NCBI RefSeq assembly: GCF_902713615.1
Contig: NC_052160.1
Location: 65,771,402 to 65,835,401 of the forward strand
DNA from: Scyliorhinus canicula
Taxonomy: Eukaryota
Reading direction: 5' to 3'
Length of the DNA: 64,000 nt
The first letter of the stretch is position 1. Each line of letters begins with the position of its first letter. Of the stretch, positions 1 to 12,800 are shown in pieces. The notes under the pieces are model-generated. The model was not told the DNA's origin and searched no databases. It saw nothing but the letters and a program-made list of their open reading frames with translations. Both the position numbers and the translations under genes were made by a program.

Positions 1-196
1 CCGCCTCACGGCGCTGACTCCCAGGTTCGATCCCGGCTCTGGGTCACTGTCCGTGTGGAGTTTGCACATTCTCCCCGTGTCTGCGTGGGTTTCGCCCCCA
101 CAACCCAAAGATGTGCAGAGTAGGTGGATTGGCCACGCTAAATTGCCCCTTAATTGGAAAACATAATTGGGTAATCTAAATTTATTTTAAAAAAAA
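1..196 (+). mobile_element. tRNA-derived V-SINE/HE1-like SINE with A-rich tail (cut by window edge)
   Basis: B-box GGTTCGATCCC and core tgtggagtttgcacattctccccgtgtctgcgtgggtttc; near-identical to 55545-55766. Confidence 0.9.
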
Positions 197-1390
197 GATA
201 CCCTCCTAATGTGCGAAATGAGCTGCCTCTCTCTCACAAACCCCGTCTGATCTTCACCTATCACCTTCGGGAGGCACTCCGCTAGCCTACCTGCCAGCAC
301 CTTCGCCAATATCTTTGCGTCCACGTTTAAAAGTGATATGGATCTATACGACCCACACGCCGTTGGATAGTTATCTTTTAAGTAACAGGGAATTTGATGC
401 CTGCCCCAAAGTTTGTGGTAACACCCCTTTCCCTATCGCCTCCTCAAACATCCCCACCATCAGCGGTATCAGCTTATTTTTGAATTTTTTATAATATTCC
501 ACCGGAAACCCATCCGGCCCTGCCACCTTCCACGACTGAATCCTCCCACATTTTTTATCTCCTGCTCCATTATCGCCCCCCTCTAATGTAGCCCTGTCCC
601 CCTCCCCTAACCTCGGGTACTCCAGCCCATCTAGAAATTCCTGCATCTTCCGGCCTCCCCCAGGTGGCTCTTACCTGTACAATCTCTCATAGAATTCCTT
701 AAAGACCTTGTTAATCTGATCTGGAGCTACCAACTTCCCTGCCCTGTCCCGCACCTGGACAATTTCCCTTGCCACAGCCTCCCAACGGAGCTGACCCACC
801 AATATACTTCCCACCACGCTTGTAAACTGCCCCCTTGCTCGTCTCAATTGGTGTACCACTTTCCTGGTAGATAGTCGCTCAAAACTCGCCTGGAGTTCCT
901 TCCTCCTTTCCAACTGCACTGGGTCCCTATCTTCTGCATACCCCTGTCTACCTCCGGCATCTCATTATTACCCCCTGACGTTCCAACCTCTCCTCTTTGT
1001 CTAGCCTAGCCTTGAACGAGATCACCTCACCCCTCACCACTGCCTTTAAAGCCTCCCAGACAACCGCCTTTGACACCTCACCCGTGCAGTTAAAACCTAC
1101 ATATTCCTCAATTACTTTTTCAATTTTGTCACAGAACCCTCGATCCCCCAACAGTCCCGTATCTAACTTCCACCCTGGTCTCTGTACCATCCCCTTCTCC
1201 AGTACCATATCCACCCAAAGCGGAGCATGTTCTGATATTGCAATTGCCGAGTACTCTGACCCTTTAACCACAGCCAGCATGAAAAAGTCAATCCGTGAGT
1301 ACACGTTATGGACCGCTGAGAAAAACGAGTTCTCCCGCTCCCTCGGGTGCAGAAACCTCCAAGGGTCCACCCCTCCCATTTCCACCATTA
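197..1390 (-). mobile_element. L1-clade ORF2 fragment (APE C-terminus to RT start), internally deleted
   Basis: ORFs 948-1388, 671-919 and 371-646: [41 protein letters not shown]. Confidence 0.92.
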
Positions 1391-4049
1391 GCCCAGCATT
1401 TACATTTTAAATGTCTCAAAAAAGATCAGGCACGGGAAACATTCTAAATCTGAAATTCAAATCTTTAGCCAATCTCTAAAACCTTGGCGTTAAATCTGAC
1501 TCAGAATTGAGCTTCCACCATATATCCATACAACTAAAAACACCTGCACCTTTCATTTCCAAGACCTAAAGCTCTGGAAATCTTTCCTGAAACCCCTCTC
1601 CCTCTCTTTCCTCTTGAGACAGTCCTTAAAACCTACTTATTTGGTCAAGGTTTTGGTCATCTGCCTGAATATCTCCTTATGTGGCTTGGTGTCCTTTTTT
1701 GCTTCATAACACTCAGATGTTTTATTATACAAACAATGCTCTAAAAATATAAGTTGTTATATTGGGAAGAAATCTGGCCACGCCAAAAACGTACCCCAAT
1801 TCAGCTAAAGCAAAATAGCTTGGCCCAAATATTCATGTGGTCATCAGATTTTGGTTTTTTTTGTCAGCAATGCTCACATTATTTCTCTGGTCTGGAACCT
1901 TTAAAGCTGTGCACAGTGCAAACAATAAATGAATGAAGCTCTGATGTAGCAGTTTCTAAAAGCTCTAAAGAGCATACACAGCTACAAGGAGAATATCTGC
2001 TGCAAGGCAAATTGTTATGTTTTTAAATTGTTGTGCAAAACATCTCCATCACATAGGTCAGCATCCATAACCCCCACCAACATAGTCCAGCATAGTTACT
2101 GCTGTTTGATAATACTTACTTACCCTGTTTCAGGAGAGGGGAGAGCCAGGGGACAGACAACAGCATCTAAAAGAGCGCATAGATGGAGGACGCGATTGAA
2201 CTAAAACCGTTTCTGTGAAATTTTAGGTGAGTCTGGCGGGTTGTTTTTCACCATTTTGTTGGATGAGATCCACACTGCTATTCAGCCTCTCTTAGTTATA
2301 TTTTTGGGCCTTGGGGAATCTCTCCCTGGTCAAACCCACCCTTGAAACTTTTTCAAATACTGGGGAGCTGGACTTGCCGACGAGACCGGCACCTCAGAAA
2401 CTGGGCCGCCGTTTTGAAAGGGTGAGCCAATTTCTAAGTGAGCTTGAGGGTCCCCCATACCTGCGGGTAATGTCATCCACCGCACACATGGGCATTATCC
2501 CACACATCCCTAAGTGAGGACACCCCGCTATGGGGTCGCTGAAGACCCACCCGCCCCTTTGCAGGTCTCCCCACACCCCTTTTCAGGATCCCCACCTTTA
2601 ACCCCCCCCCCCCCCAAACCTTTATGAGGCATGGCCCCCCTCAGGCCCCGACCCTTGGCAGTGCCACCCTGCCACTTGGGCACATTGGCAGTGCCAGGGT
2701 GTAGGTGCTGCGGTGCCAGGCTGGCAGTGCCAATGTTTTATCAGTAGTAGAAAGGTCTACTAATAAAGTTAATAAGATTGGCTTGTGTATTTCCTATTTA
2801 TCTTAACGAGGGTATTTCAATCAGGGCAACCAGAACATTTATTGAAATAATAAAAACATACGCAAAGGCAGGACTACAGGTATTAATTACAATTTGATCC
2901 GTAAAATAATTAATTAAATACTGTAAAGATGACAGGGCAGGTGATGTGTGAAGCCTATCGAAAAGGGAGCTTGTGGACACTTGTGTGATCCAAGGCAAAC
3001 ACCTCTTCAGTTAGTGTCTGTGCCGGAGGAACTTCGGCTCAGAGACATTGAGCTGGAGGTTAAACTTCAGACACATCAGGAAGGAGGAAAACTACTTGGA
3101 CACTTTATTCCAGGAGGCAGTCACATCCCTTAGGACAGAGTCTTTTGATTTGGTTTGTGGTCAGGGACAGGAAGATGTGACTGAGTGAAGCAGGTATGGG
3201 AATCGAGAAAATTGAAGTGGAGGAGGTGGTTTATAGCCTGTATGGATGAAAACAGGATTTTCGGGTGGGTGAGCTGACCATGTCACCATGAAACAGGAAG
3301 CAATTCAAGTGGGGGCGGAGTTAATAGGAATGTAATGGTACGAGGGGACTGTATGGTCAGGGGGACAGACACAATTCTTTGCAACCGAGTGCGACAGTCC
3401 AGTTGGCTGTGCTGCCTGCCTAGTAACAGCGTTCAGAGCATCTGCTCTGGGCTGGAGAGAAACCTACAGTGGGAGAAAGAGGAACCAGTTATTGTGGTCC
3501 ACGTAGGTACCAAAAACACAAGTAGGTCTAGGAAAAAGGTTTTGCTTAGAGTGTACGAGCAGCTGGGGGTCAAATTAGATCTCAACGGTAATCATTTTTG
3601 GATTATTATCTGAGTCATGAGCAAATTAGTGCAGGGCAAATAAGATTATAGAGTTAAACGCGTGGCTCAAAAATTGGTTTGTGAGAATTAGTTTGATTCT
3701 TGGCGCACTAACACCAATAATAGGTGTCCACATCATTGCTACCAATAATAGGGACAGTGGGAGCTGCTCCGTTGGGATGGCCTTCCCTGGCACTGTATTG
3801 GAACCAGTGTTCTGGCGAGTAGTATAAATAACTAGGGTAGTAGGGAGTAGGGTAGTAGGCGAGGCATCAAGGAGGCAAGACGTGATAAATTAAAGCGAGA
3901 GGAGACGGCAACAGAACAAGGTAACAATAAGAAATTGATCATCTGGCTATGGCAGGAAGGGAAAGAGCATACAAACTTAAGATTGCACCAGCAACGAAGG
4001 ATAGAGGTTGCAAGAATTATAAAAAGCTAGAATGAAAGGCACTCTATCT

Positions 4050-4268
4050 AGGGCGGCACGGTGGCGCAGTGGTTAGCACTGCTGCCTACGGTGCTGAGGA
4101 ACCGAGTTTGATCCCGCCCCTAGGTCACTGTCTGTGTAGAGTTTGCACATTCTCCCCATGTCGGCGTGGGTTTCACACCCACAACCCAAAGATATGCAGG
4201 TTAGGTGGATTGGCCAGGCTAAATTGCCCCTGAATTGGAAAAAAAATGAATTGGGTAAAAAAAAAATA
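4050..4268 (+). mobile_element. V-SINE/HE1-like SINE with A-rich tail
   Basis: A and B boxes, V-core, 10-bp TSD CACTCTATCT at 4040-4049 and 4269-4278. Confidence 0.92.
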
Positions 4269-4394
4269 CACTCTATCTGAATTCACACAGTATTCACAAG
4301 GTAGATGAATTGACGACACTAATGGAAGTGAACAGATATGAGATAATTGCCATTGTTGAAACATAGCTGCAGGTTGACCAAGATTGGGAACTGA

Positions 4395-5079
4395 GGGCGC
4401 GATTCTCCGACCCACACGCCGGGTGGGAGAATCACGGGAGTGCCGGGCGATTCACGCCACCCTGGCACCCGCACGCGATTCTCCCACCACTCCCAAAACA
4501 GCGTGTCACGTTTTGCGACAGGCCGCTCGGAGAATCGCCGCTCTGGTCGGGCGGCGATTCTCCGGCCCAGATGGGCCGAGCGGCCTGCCTAATACGACCG
4601 GTTCATGCTGGCGCCAACCACACCTGGTCGCTGCCGGTGTAGATAGCGCGCGACCGCTGCATATGGGGCCTGTGGGGGGGCGGAGGGAGGATCGAGCACC
4701 AGGGGGGTGCTCAGGAGGGGTCCGGCCCGCGATGGGTGCCCACCGATCGTCGGGCCGGCGTCTCTGAAAGATGCACTCTTTTCCCTCCGCCGCCCCGCAA
4801 GATCAATCCCTCATGTCTTGTGGGCGGCGGAGGGGAAGACGGCAACCGCGCATGCGCGGGTTGGCGCTGGCCGCGTCATTTAGGCGCCGCTGGCCGCGTC
4901 ATTCAGGCAGCGCCGCTTTGACACGTCAAGGCCTGGCGCGCGAGATTGACGTGCCGCCGCTCCTAGCCCCCTGGGGGTGGGAGAATAGGGGGCGAGGAGC
5001 GGCCTCCGACGCCGGAGTGAAACACTTCGGTTTTCACACCGGCGTCGGCACTTTGTCTCCCTTTGGGAGAATCGCGCCC
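4395..5079. mobile_element. GC-rich non-autonomous DNA transposon (PIF/Harbinger-like MITE)
   Basis: Perfect 14-bp TIR GGGCGCGATTCTCC/GGAGAATCGCGCCC; 3-bp TSD TGA; no coding capacity; interrupts the CR1 remnant. Confidence 0.9.
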
Positions 5080-5560
5080 TGAATGTTAAAGGATATTTGA
5101 AATTTAGGAAGGATAGGCAAAAAGGAAAAGAAGGTGGGGTAGCACTATCTTTAAAGGTTGAGATCAGTACAGTCTCGGAGCAGAGGAATTAGGAGCAGAT
5201 TGAGGCAATTGAGCCCTTTGAATGGCCATAAATTGGGACAGGGGAATGTGCAACGAAACCTGGGTGTCCTCGTACACCAGTCACTGAAGGTAAGCATGCA
5301 ATTGCAATGGGTGGTAAAGGTGGCAAATGGTATCCATAGTGACAGCATTAGAGTGCAGGTGGAGGGATGATTGCTGCAATTATACAGGGCCTCGTGAGGT
5401 AACACCTGGAATCTTGTGTGCAGTTTTGGTCTCCTTATCTGAGGATGTTCTTGCGCTAGAGGGAGTGCAGCAAAGGTTTATCAGACTGATTCCTGGGATG
5501 GCGGGACTGATTTATATGAGGAGAGATTGTCGTTTAGGATTGTATTCGCTGGGGTTGAGA

Positions 5561-5733
5561 ATAATAATAATCGCTTGTCACAAGTAGGCTTCAATGAAGT
5601 TACTGCGAAAAGCCCCTAGACGCCACATTCCGCCGTCTTTTTGGGGAAGCCGGTATGGGAATTGAACCCGCGCTGCTGGCCTTGTTCTGCATTGCAAGCC
5701 AGCTGTTTAACCCACTGTGCTAAACCAGTCCCT
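5561..5733 (-). mobile_element. Short tRNA-derived SINE without V-core, (ATT)n tail
   Basis: Head gggactggtttagcacagtgg...gggttcaattcc; tail shared with the SINEs at 26030, 52426 and 56023. Confidence 0.8.
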
Positions 5734-6632
5734 AATCCTAAATCACTTCATGACTGTCCTTCCGAAGGAGCACATTTTGAGCTGAGTTTCTGCAGTTGAA
5801 TGGCAGAACACCTTTGTTTGTTCAGTATCCCTTCCATCATTACGCAGGAGAGAAAAAGGAGCGAGGATGAAGATACCAAGCAAACAATTATGTTTTGGCC
5901 TCAGGCACAAGTCAAGATTCAAACCCAGCCCCAAAGTGGCAAGTTAAAACAGCAAATAAAGATGGATTGCATTTGTGGTAGAATGGTTGTGCAAACATGT
6001 CGCTGCGAAAGAAAATTCTAGGCTTCAAATACTGCCATGTAATGAATAGAATACCTGTTATTATCTACTTCCCAACATATGTGAACAGTTCTATCAGCAG
6101 AATTTAAAACTATTCTCAGAATTAATCGAATTACTCGGTGTTAGCGAATAACTGGAGAGATCTTTAACTATCTTTTGTCAGTTGGTAGCAAGTGAGCTAT
6201 TGGTATCTTAGAGCTAACTATAATATTGTGGTCTAGGTGAAATATATTCTACAATACTATGTATGATGCAAATAATTTCTGGATTGTTAACCTTAAAATT
6301 CATTCAAAGACAGCATGGTGGTACAGCACACTAATCCACAATGCGGTAGAATAAAAAGGAGGCTCGCCCCTTAATTTATTGTGTAGTTAGCTTCCAACTT
6401 CAGTGAGATCATAGAATCCCTGCAGTGCAGAAGGAGGCTACTTGGCCCATCGAGTCTGTGCTAACCCTCGGAAAGAGCACGCTACCTAGGCCCATGCTCC
6501 CACCCTATCCCGTAACCCAACCCAACCAGATCAGGAAGGGGAAGCAGAGGCAACGTCCTTCAGATCTCTCAAGAGCAGCATCTTACAAAAATTACGGTTG
6601 AATAAAATACCTTTAAAACAAAACTGACTGAC

Positions 6633-6811
6633 CTTCATCACTGTGACACTGTTCTCATTTGGTAATGTTTGCCAGTTAGGAGACAGATAGTTCATCTTTC
6701 CCAGGGCAGAAATGGCACTTGCTCGAACGTAACTTTCAGGATCTGAAAGCAGCTCCAAAACAAGATGAGGAATTCCGCAGGAACCAATTGACCGACAGAA
6801 ACTCTCAACTT
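6633..6811 (-). CDS. BRAT1: BRAT1 coding exon 12
   Basis: [60 protein letters not shown]; tttcag| ... |GTCAGT; 179 nt. Confidence 0.95.
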
Positions 6812-9800
6812 CTGAAAGAAATAAAACAAGCCAATAATGAAATCCAATTACAGTAAATTTGATACAAATGAGCAGAGCTTAGTAATGGTAATTTAAGTAT
6901 GAACAATTGTTTTGTCCATTCTGGCTTACTATAAATCGAGTAATTCTGCTATACTTCATTAACCTTTAACAAATTTATAATTGAGAAATTGGGTGAACCA
7001 ATTGTGTACTACACCACGATGGATAATCTCATATTGTTCTTAAATGTTGCAATAAAATGTGATGAGAAATCAGCTGACATATTTTAGTTCTGTTAGGATC
7101 TCACCAAAAAGAACATCTTAGTCATGCAAGTAGCCATCAGTTCGTTAACCATCGGCAAGAATTAGATTGCTATACAAACTGACTGTTCTACCATTCATTG
7201 GTTAAATACTATTTTTAAGTTTATATTACCCTCCGTAAAAATATGCCCCATTGGTGAAATTACTTATACCTTTAAACTGGAAACACAGTTGACCAAGGAA
7301 CTCAAGCGCAGAGTCTCGAATTTCCCAATGAACATCAAATAGTCGCTTCTTCATCACTGATAAAAAGTCTGAGGATATTGTAATAGAAATCAGCATTAAC
7401 TCCAGACCCATCCAGATAGGTATCCAATACAAAGCAAACCAATTTTAATCGAACCGAGTAGAACGTTCTGAACACTGCAGTAACATTTCTGTACCAAATC
7501 CATACCTCCATTAAAAAGGCTAGGGGTGGAAGGGGAGAAATTAAACCGAAAATACTCATCTCTGCGTTAATATTTAACTTCATTTTTCAAAAAAGGTCAA
7601 ATGCCATATGAATTCTCAACTTTAGACAATATTATGTACATAAACCATGTGTATTTTGAACTAACCATGGCCATATTAAGTAATCAATATTTTTGGTATA
7701 GGCAAATTCAGTGATCTTTTAAAGGCTAAAACTAGAAATAAAATAAAAGATTGTCTAATAAAGTGGTAACTTCTAGATTTCGCTGAAGTCGAAGCAAACC
7801 AGGAAAGGTTTGCAAGAGGAAATGCTTATTTTTCCAAAAAGACCGCATTAGCTACTTCTATGTATCATTCAGGACTGCAACAGGAATATTTTTAGTTTGT
7901 CAGCACACAAAAATATTCTTAGTAATGTAGGCAGATCTAGAGTAATGAATTCTTTGCATAACTAGAGTCACAACGCTCAACGCTGCCTAAATGATGCAAA
8001 TCTTGGGCTGGGTTCTCCTCAGTCCTGCTCTGAAATCGCAGCCGGGACTGGGTCAGAAAATCCACTTTCACGATGTAATCGGGCCCGGAGCCGATCCGGC
8101 GATTCTCCGGGCCTCGAAAATTGCCGTGACCGCGGTGTACGCCGCGCGGCTGGGGGCCCATTGACAGAGGCCCGCCCAGCAAACCTCTGCTCCCGACCGG
8201 CCAAGTTCCCGACACTGTGGAACTAACCACCTACTGCCGGTCAGGATGCTGGCGTGGTGGCTGCGTGGTTAGATACGCGCGGTTTGATGCTCGGGCGCCC
8301 GGCCAATTGGGGGTATCTCCTTTCTCTGTTTGGCTCCGCGGTCCGAGTCCCCAATGGAGCTCGGCGCGGCCGCTGGAGGCCACAACTGTGCGCATGTGTG
8401 GACTCCGAACCGGACGTGCAGTGTCCTATATCCGCAGCTAAAGCTGCGAGATATACTCCGGGTCCCTACTAGCCCCCTGCAGGGCATTGAATTAGCTCAA
8501 CATATTTATCAGAATTTTTAGAGTAAAACCCCACCCTTTTTACGCCGCCGTGCGGACATAGTCCCATTTTGGAAGAATCCAGCCCATTGTACCTGGCGAG
8601 CCCAATATCAATAGGAACTAACTATTGTAAACTTAAAAGAAATCAGGGACAATTTTCCTGATTCTCAGGAAAAGTACATTTTTCCAGACACAAAAGAGAG
8701 GAAAAGGGAATGTGGACTTGTTTGACTGGCGATTTCTAGCTTCCAAATGGAATGGGGTAGAGGTGAGCCTACGCAAACATTAGTTGTAAGCCCAATGCAG
8801 GAATGCAAATTAAGGGATAAACTTTCTTGCCTGCCATGCCATTTTTCCTGGATCTCTGATTATCCAATATTAGTACAGGAAAGCTACTAGCCGGGATTCT
8901 CCGATATTGGGCGGCATTCTCCCCTACCCGGCGAGACGGAGGGTCCCGGAGTAGGGGAGTGGCGCCAACCACTCAGGGGTCGCGCCTCCCCAAAGGTGGG
9001 GAATTCTCCCCACCTTTGGAGGCCAGCCCCGCGCTGGAGCGGTTGCCACCAGACGACCGGCGCAAAAATCCGGCGCCCCCGGCAGCGGGGCTGACCGAAA
9101 GGCTTTCGCCGGTCCACACATGCGCCGGCAGTGATGTCAGCGGCAGCTGGCCGCTGATGTCACTGCCGGCGCATGCGCGATGTGGGGTTCTCTTCCGCTT
9201 CCGCCATGGCGGAGGCCGTGGCGGACGCGGAAGAAACTAGTGCAGCCAGGGCACTGGCCCGGACTCTGAGGGGGGGCCCCGATCGCAGGCCAGGCCACCG
9301 TGGGGGCACCCCCCGGGGTTCGATCGCCCCCCGCCCCCCCAGGACCCCGGGGGCCTGCTCGCGCCGCTGAGCCCGCCGTTCCAGAGGTGGTTTAAACCTC
9401 GGCGGCGGGAGTGGCCTCCCAGCGGCGGAACCTCGGCCCATCCGGGCCGGAGAATCGCCGCAGGGGCCTCTCCAATCGGAGTGGCGAGATTCCTGCCCCC
9501 GCCACTTCCCGGGTAGCGGAGAATCTCTGCCACAGCGGGGGCAGGATTTTAGGCGCCCCCAGGCGATTCCCCGACCCTGCTGGGGGTCGGAGAATTTCGC
9601 CCATTGTGGCCAAATGTTGACGTCAGCGTCAAAACCGGCGCTAGCGACGCCGGCGTCAACGGGCCTCCAGCCCCAGCAATTCTCCTGTTCTTCGGGAGCT
9701 AGTAAGGCGCCAAAGTGCTGTGTGCTGCTCCGGTGCCGAAAGCCGGCCCTGCATGGCCAGCGCAGGTGCGCGCATGCGCGTGACGGCCATCCCCGTGCCG

Positions 9801-12800
9801 GTGCATGCGCATGGTTGCTGTCTCCGCGCCGATGTGGAGCAACATTTCGGCGACCGAACAGCGGGTCCCCTCCAGATCACGGCTGCCTGCCGATCGGAAG
9901 CCCCCGATCACGGGCCTGGACCCCGTGGAGGCCCTCCCCGGAGTCAGATCCCCCCACCAGGATGTCCACATCAGCCACGGGTCCGGGCTCCCACTGGGTG
10001 GTACCAAGTTTGAACCACGCCGGCGGGAGTTCGGCCCGTCGCCCGCAGAGAATCGCCACGGGTGCCTATTTCAGCGGCCCCCGACTGGCGCCGCAGCGAC
10101 TGCGCGGGCGTGAAGGCCCGGCGTCGGAGCAGCGTGGCAGGATTCTCCCCCCCCCCCCCCTAGCGATTCTCCGACCCAACGCGGGCTCGGAGAATCCCGG
10201 GCACTATCTTCAATGAAAATTCAATAATGCTGATAGGTTAATGCTCAAGTACAAACATAATGCCCAATATACTGAGTGCATCTTGTGTAACAAGACTTTC
10301 AAAGGATAATCAGAGTAGATTGCCCATCGTATTTTGGAAATTCAAAGCACAGCCTGATGGGTTATTGAGACAATGTTTTAAAAACGGAACCAAGCTTTAA
10401 ATAAGCATCACACAAGTAACCACATCCAACAAGAGAGAATCTGATCACCTCCGCTTGATGTGCAACAACACTATCACCGCTGAATCCCCAACTATCAATA
10501 CCATTGACCAGAAACTGAACTGGACAGTTAAACAAATACTGTAGCTACAAGAGCAGGTCAGGGCTGGCAATTCTGCCGTGACTAACTTACCTCCCAACTC
10601 CCCAATGCCTGTCCACCATTTAAAAGAAACAAGACAGGAATGTGATGGCATACTCTCTATTTGCCTCATGAGCGCAGCTCCAACAACGCTCAAGAGATTC
10701 AACACCATCCACGACAATGCAGCGCGTTTGATTGGCACCTCATTTACCATCCTAAACATTCACTCCCTCCACCACCAGCATATAGTAGCAGCAGTACATA
10801 CCATCTACATGATGCAGTGCAGCAACTTTCCAATCTCCTTCGATAATACCTGCAAATTCATGAATGTTACCCTCTGTAACAAGGGCAGCAGGACCATGGA
10901 AACACCACCATCACCTGCGAGTTCCCCTCCCCTCACACACCATCCTGACTCTGAAATATATCACCATTCCTTTGCTGTTACTGGGTTAATATACTGCAAC
11001 TTCCACCCTAACAACACTTTTGGTAACCCTATGCTCCATGGACTGCAGCAGTTAAGGTCCTCACCACCAGCTTCTCAAGGGCAATTAGTAATAGGCAATA
11101 GGTGTTGGCCTTGCCAGTGATTCCCACATCCCATAAACCAAAAAAAGCAAGGAAATTATGAAACTTGATTGCCAGATTCTAGAGAAATAAATTTACCCGT
11201 TACACGTGTTTCTTGCTTAGTTCTGTATTGTAATTATGTTTGATATAAAATTAGATGTCCTGAAACTGCACAGACGGGCCAAAAATAAAAGTATATTTTT
11301 TAAACATGCAAAATTGGGATGGAAAATCATTTTTGTAAAATGGCAATTTATCACTCATATGTTGCTTTGAGGTGATGCATTGCAGATGTTGCTGAGGCAA
11401 GTCCTGCATTTACAAAATACAAATTACATTGGTGATGCAGTTGTATCACACTGCAAATTATAATTTGCCATGAGTCTGGAGGGAGAGCAAGAGGAATCTG
11501 ATTTCTTATAGGTTTTTCAAATTGTACTTTGAACTCCACTTAAACCTAGCCCTTGAGTGTATTGTGTAAACTGCAAAGCGAGTGAATCAATTGACCAGAA
11601 GTATAATAAAAGCAGAGCAGTGTACTTACATAAGCCTGGTCTTAATGTTTAGCACTAAGTATCATGCTTAAACATCAGTCAATTTTCTATCATCTGTTTT
11701 TAAACCAATTTTCTCCTCCCCATCCTGAAACTAGATGTTGGGATACCAGTTCCCAGGAGCCCTGCCACCCTTATTCAAATAACCATTCTTCATATGTGCC
11801 ACCAAGCTATTTAACATCTATATCCACCAAGCTTTTCCCTGTTCTTATCCAATGTCCAAACAAACCCTTTCTAGCAGGGAATACTGTATAGATATCAGGG
11901 ACAAGAACCCTAGCTTGGTAATACTGGGGTCAATTTTAGCACCACAAATGCTGCTTTGGCTACCATCAGTTAATTCACACAAACTAAGAATCAAATCTTG
12001 GACATTCTGTCTGTACAGCTTATACAGAAGCACAGTGCACATTTACCCACAGCCATTAGGAGAATCTTTAGTCCCATTTTATAAACTCATTGCATTAAAC
12101 GCGACACGCCGTTTTGGGGGGGCGGGGATGGGAGAATCGCGTGCGGGTGCCAGGGCGGCGTGGCGTGATTTGCCCGGCACTCCCGCAATTCTCCCACCCG
12201 CCGTGGGGGTCGGAGAATTTGAACCCAGCGTCTCATTTGCGGGTACCCCAATGATACACCGGGGAACCCCTCTAGGAAGTTCCCACGTAAACCCAGCAAT
12301 TGTCCAGAAGGCCCAACTACCCCATGACAATTGCGGTGGGCTGGGAACATCTGACAAAGCGATTTAAATTGCTAACTTCAGATATTTTTCCAGTTTTACT
12401 CTCAGTTATTCTGAAAGAATTAGAAGGAAATACGACTGTGGGTCCCCCCCCCCTCCCCCTTCTCTCCCCCGCCCTTTACAAACATATTAATGGGTGAAAA
12501 CATTGTCTACACCCACCTTCAAGCTTAGGTCGGATTACAGAAGATTTTGACATATATCGAGTAGAATATAGACATAGCAGACAGCTGACACTGGTTTCCT
12601 ACCTCCATCTAAAAACTCTTTCAAAGTGGGTTCAAGCGCAGGAGAGTCTACAGCTTCAATACAATGTAACATCCAGTGAAATAAAGCCTGCAGGGTTTTC
12701 TTCAAAACCTAAATGTTACAAATGTGATTAATTATCAGTTTTTACATACAAGACTTGACTCAAGTGTAAGTGGTACAAAGTCTACTTCGAGCAGTGGATT

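Larger units (their letters stand above)
2750..5560 (+). mobile_element. Old CR1 LINE remnant (ORF1 esterase plus ORF2 pieces) with nested SINE and MITE
   Basis: GDCMVRGTD..CCLP..VIVVHVGT (SGNH-type CR1 ORF1), an ALYLN endonuclease start, and a C-terminal ALEGVQQRFIRLIPGM piece. Confidence 0.85.

Noticed and set aside
7937-10216. Dense stack of 60-200 aa ORFs on both strands (also at 4384-5082)
   Set aside because: They lie inside GC-rich MITEs where stop codons are rare. The translations are low-complexity Arg/Pro/Gly/Ala with no recognisable domain.
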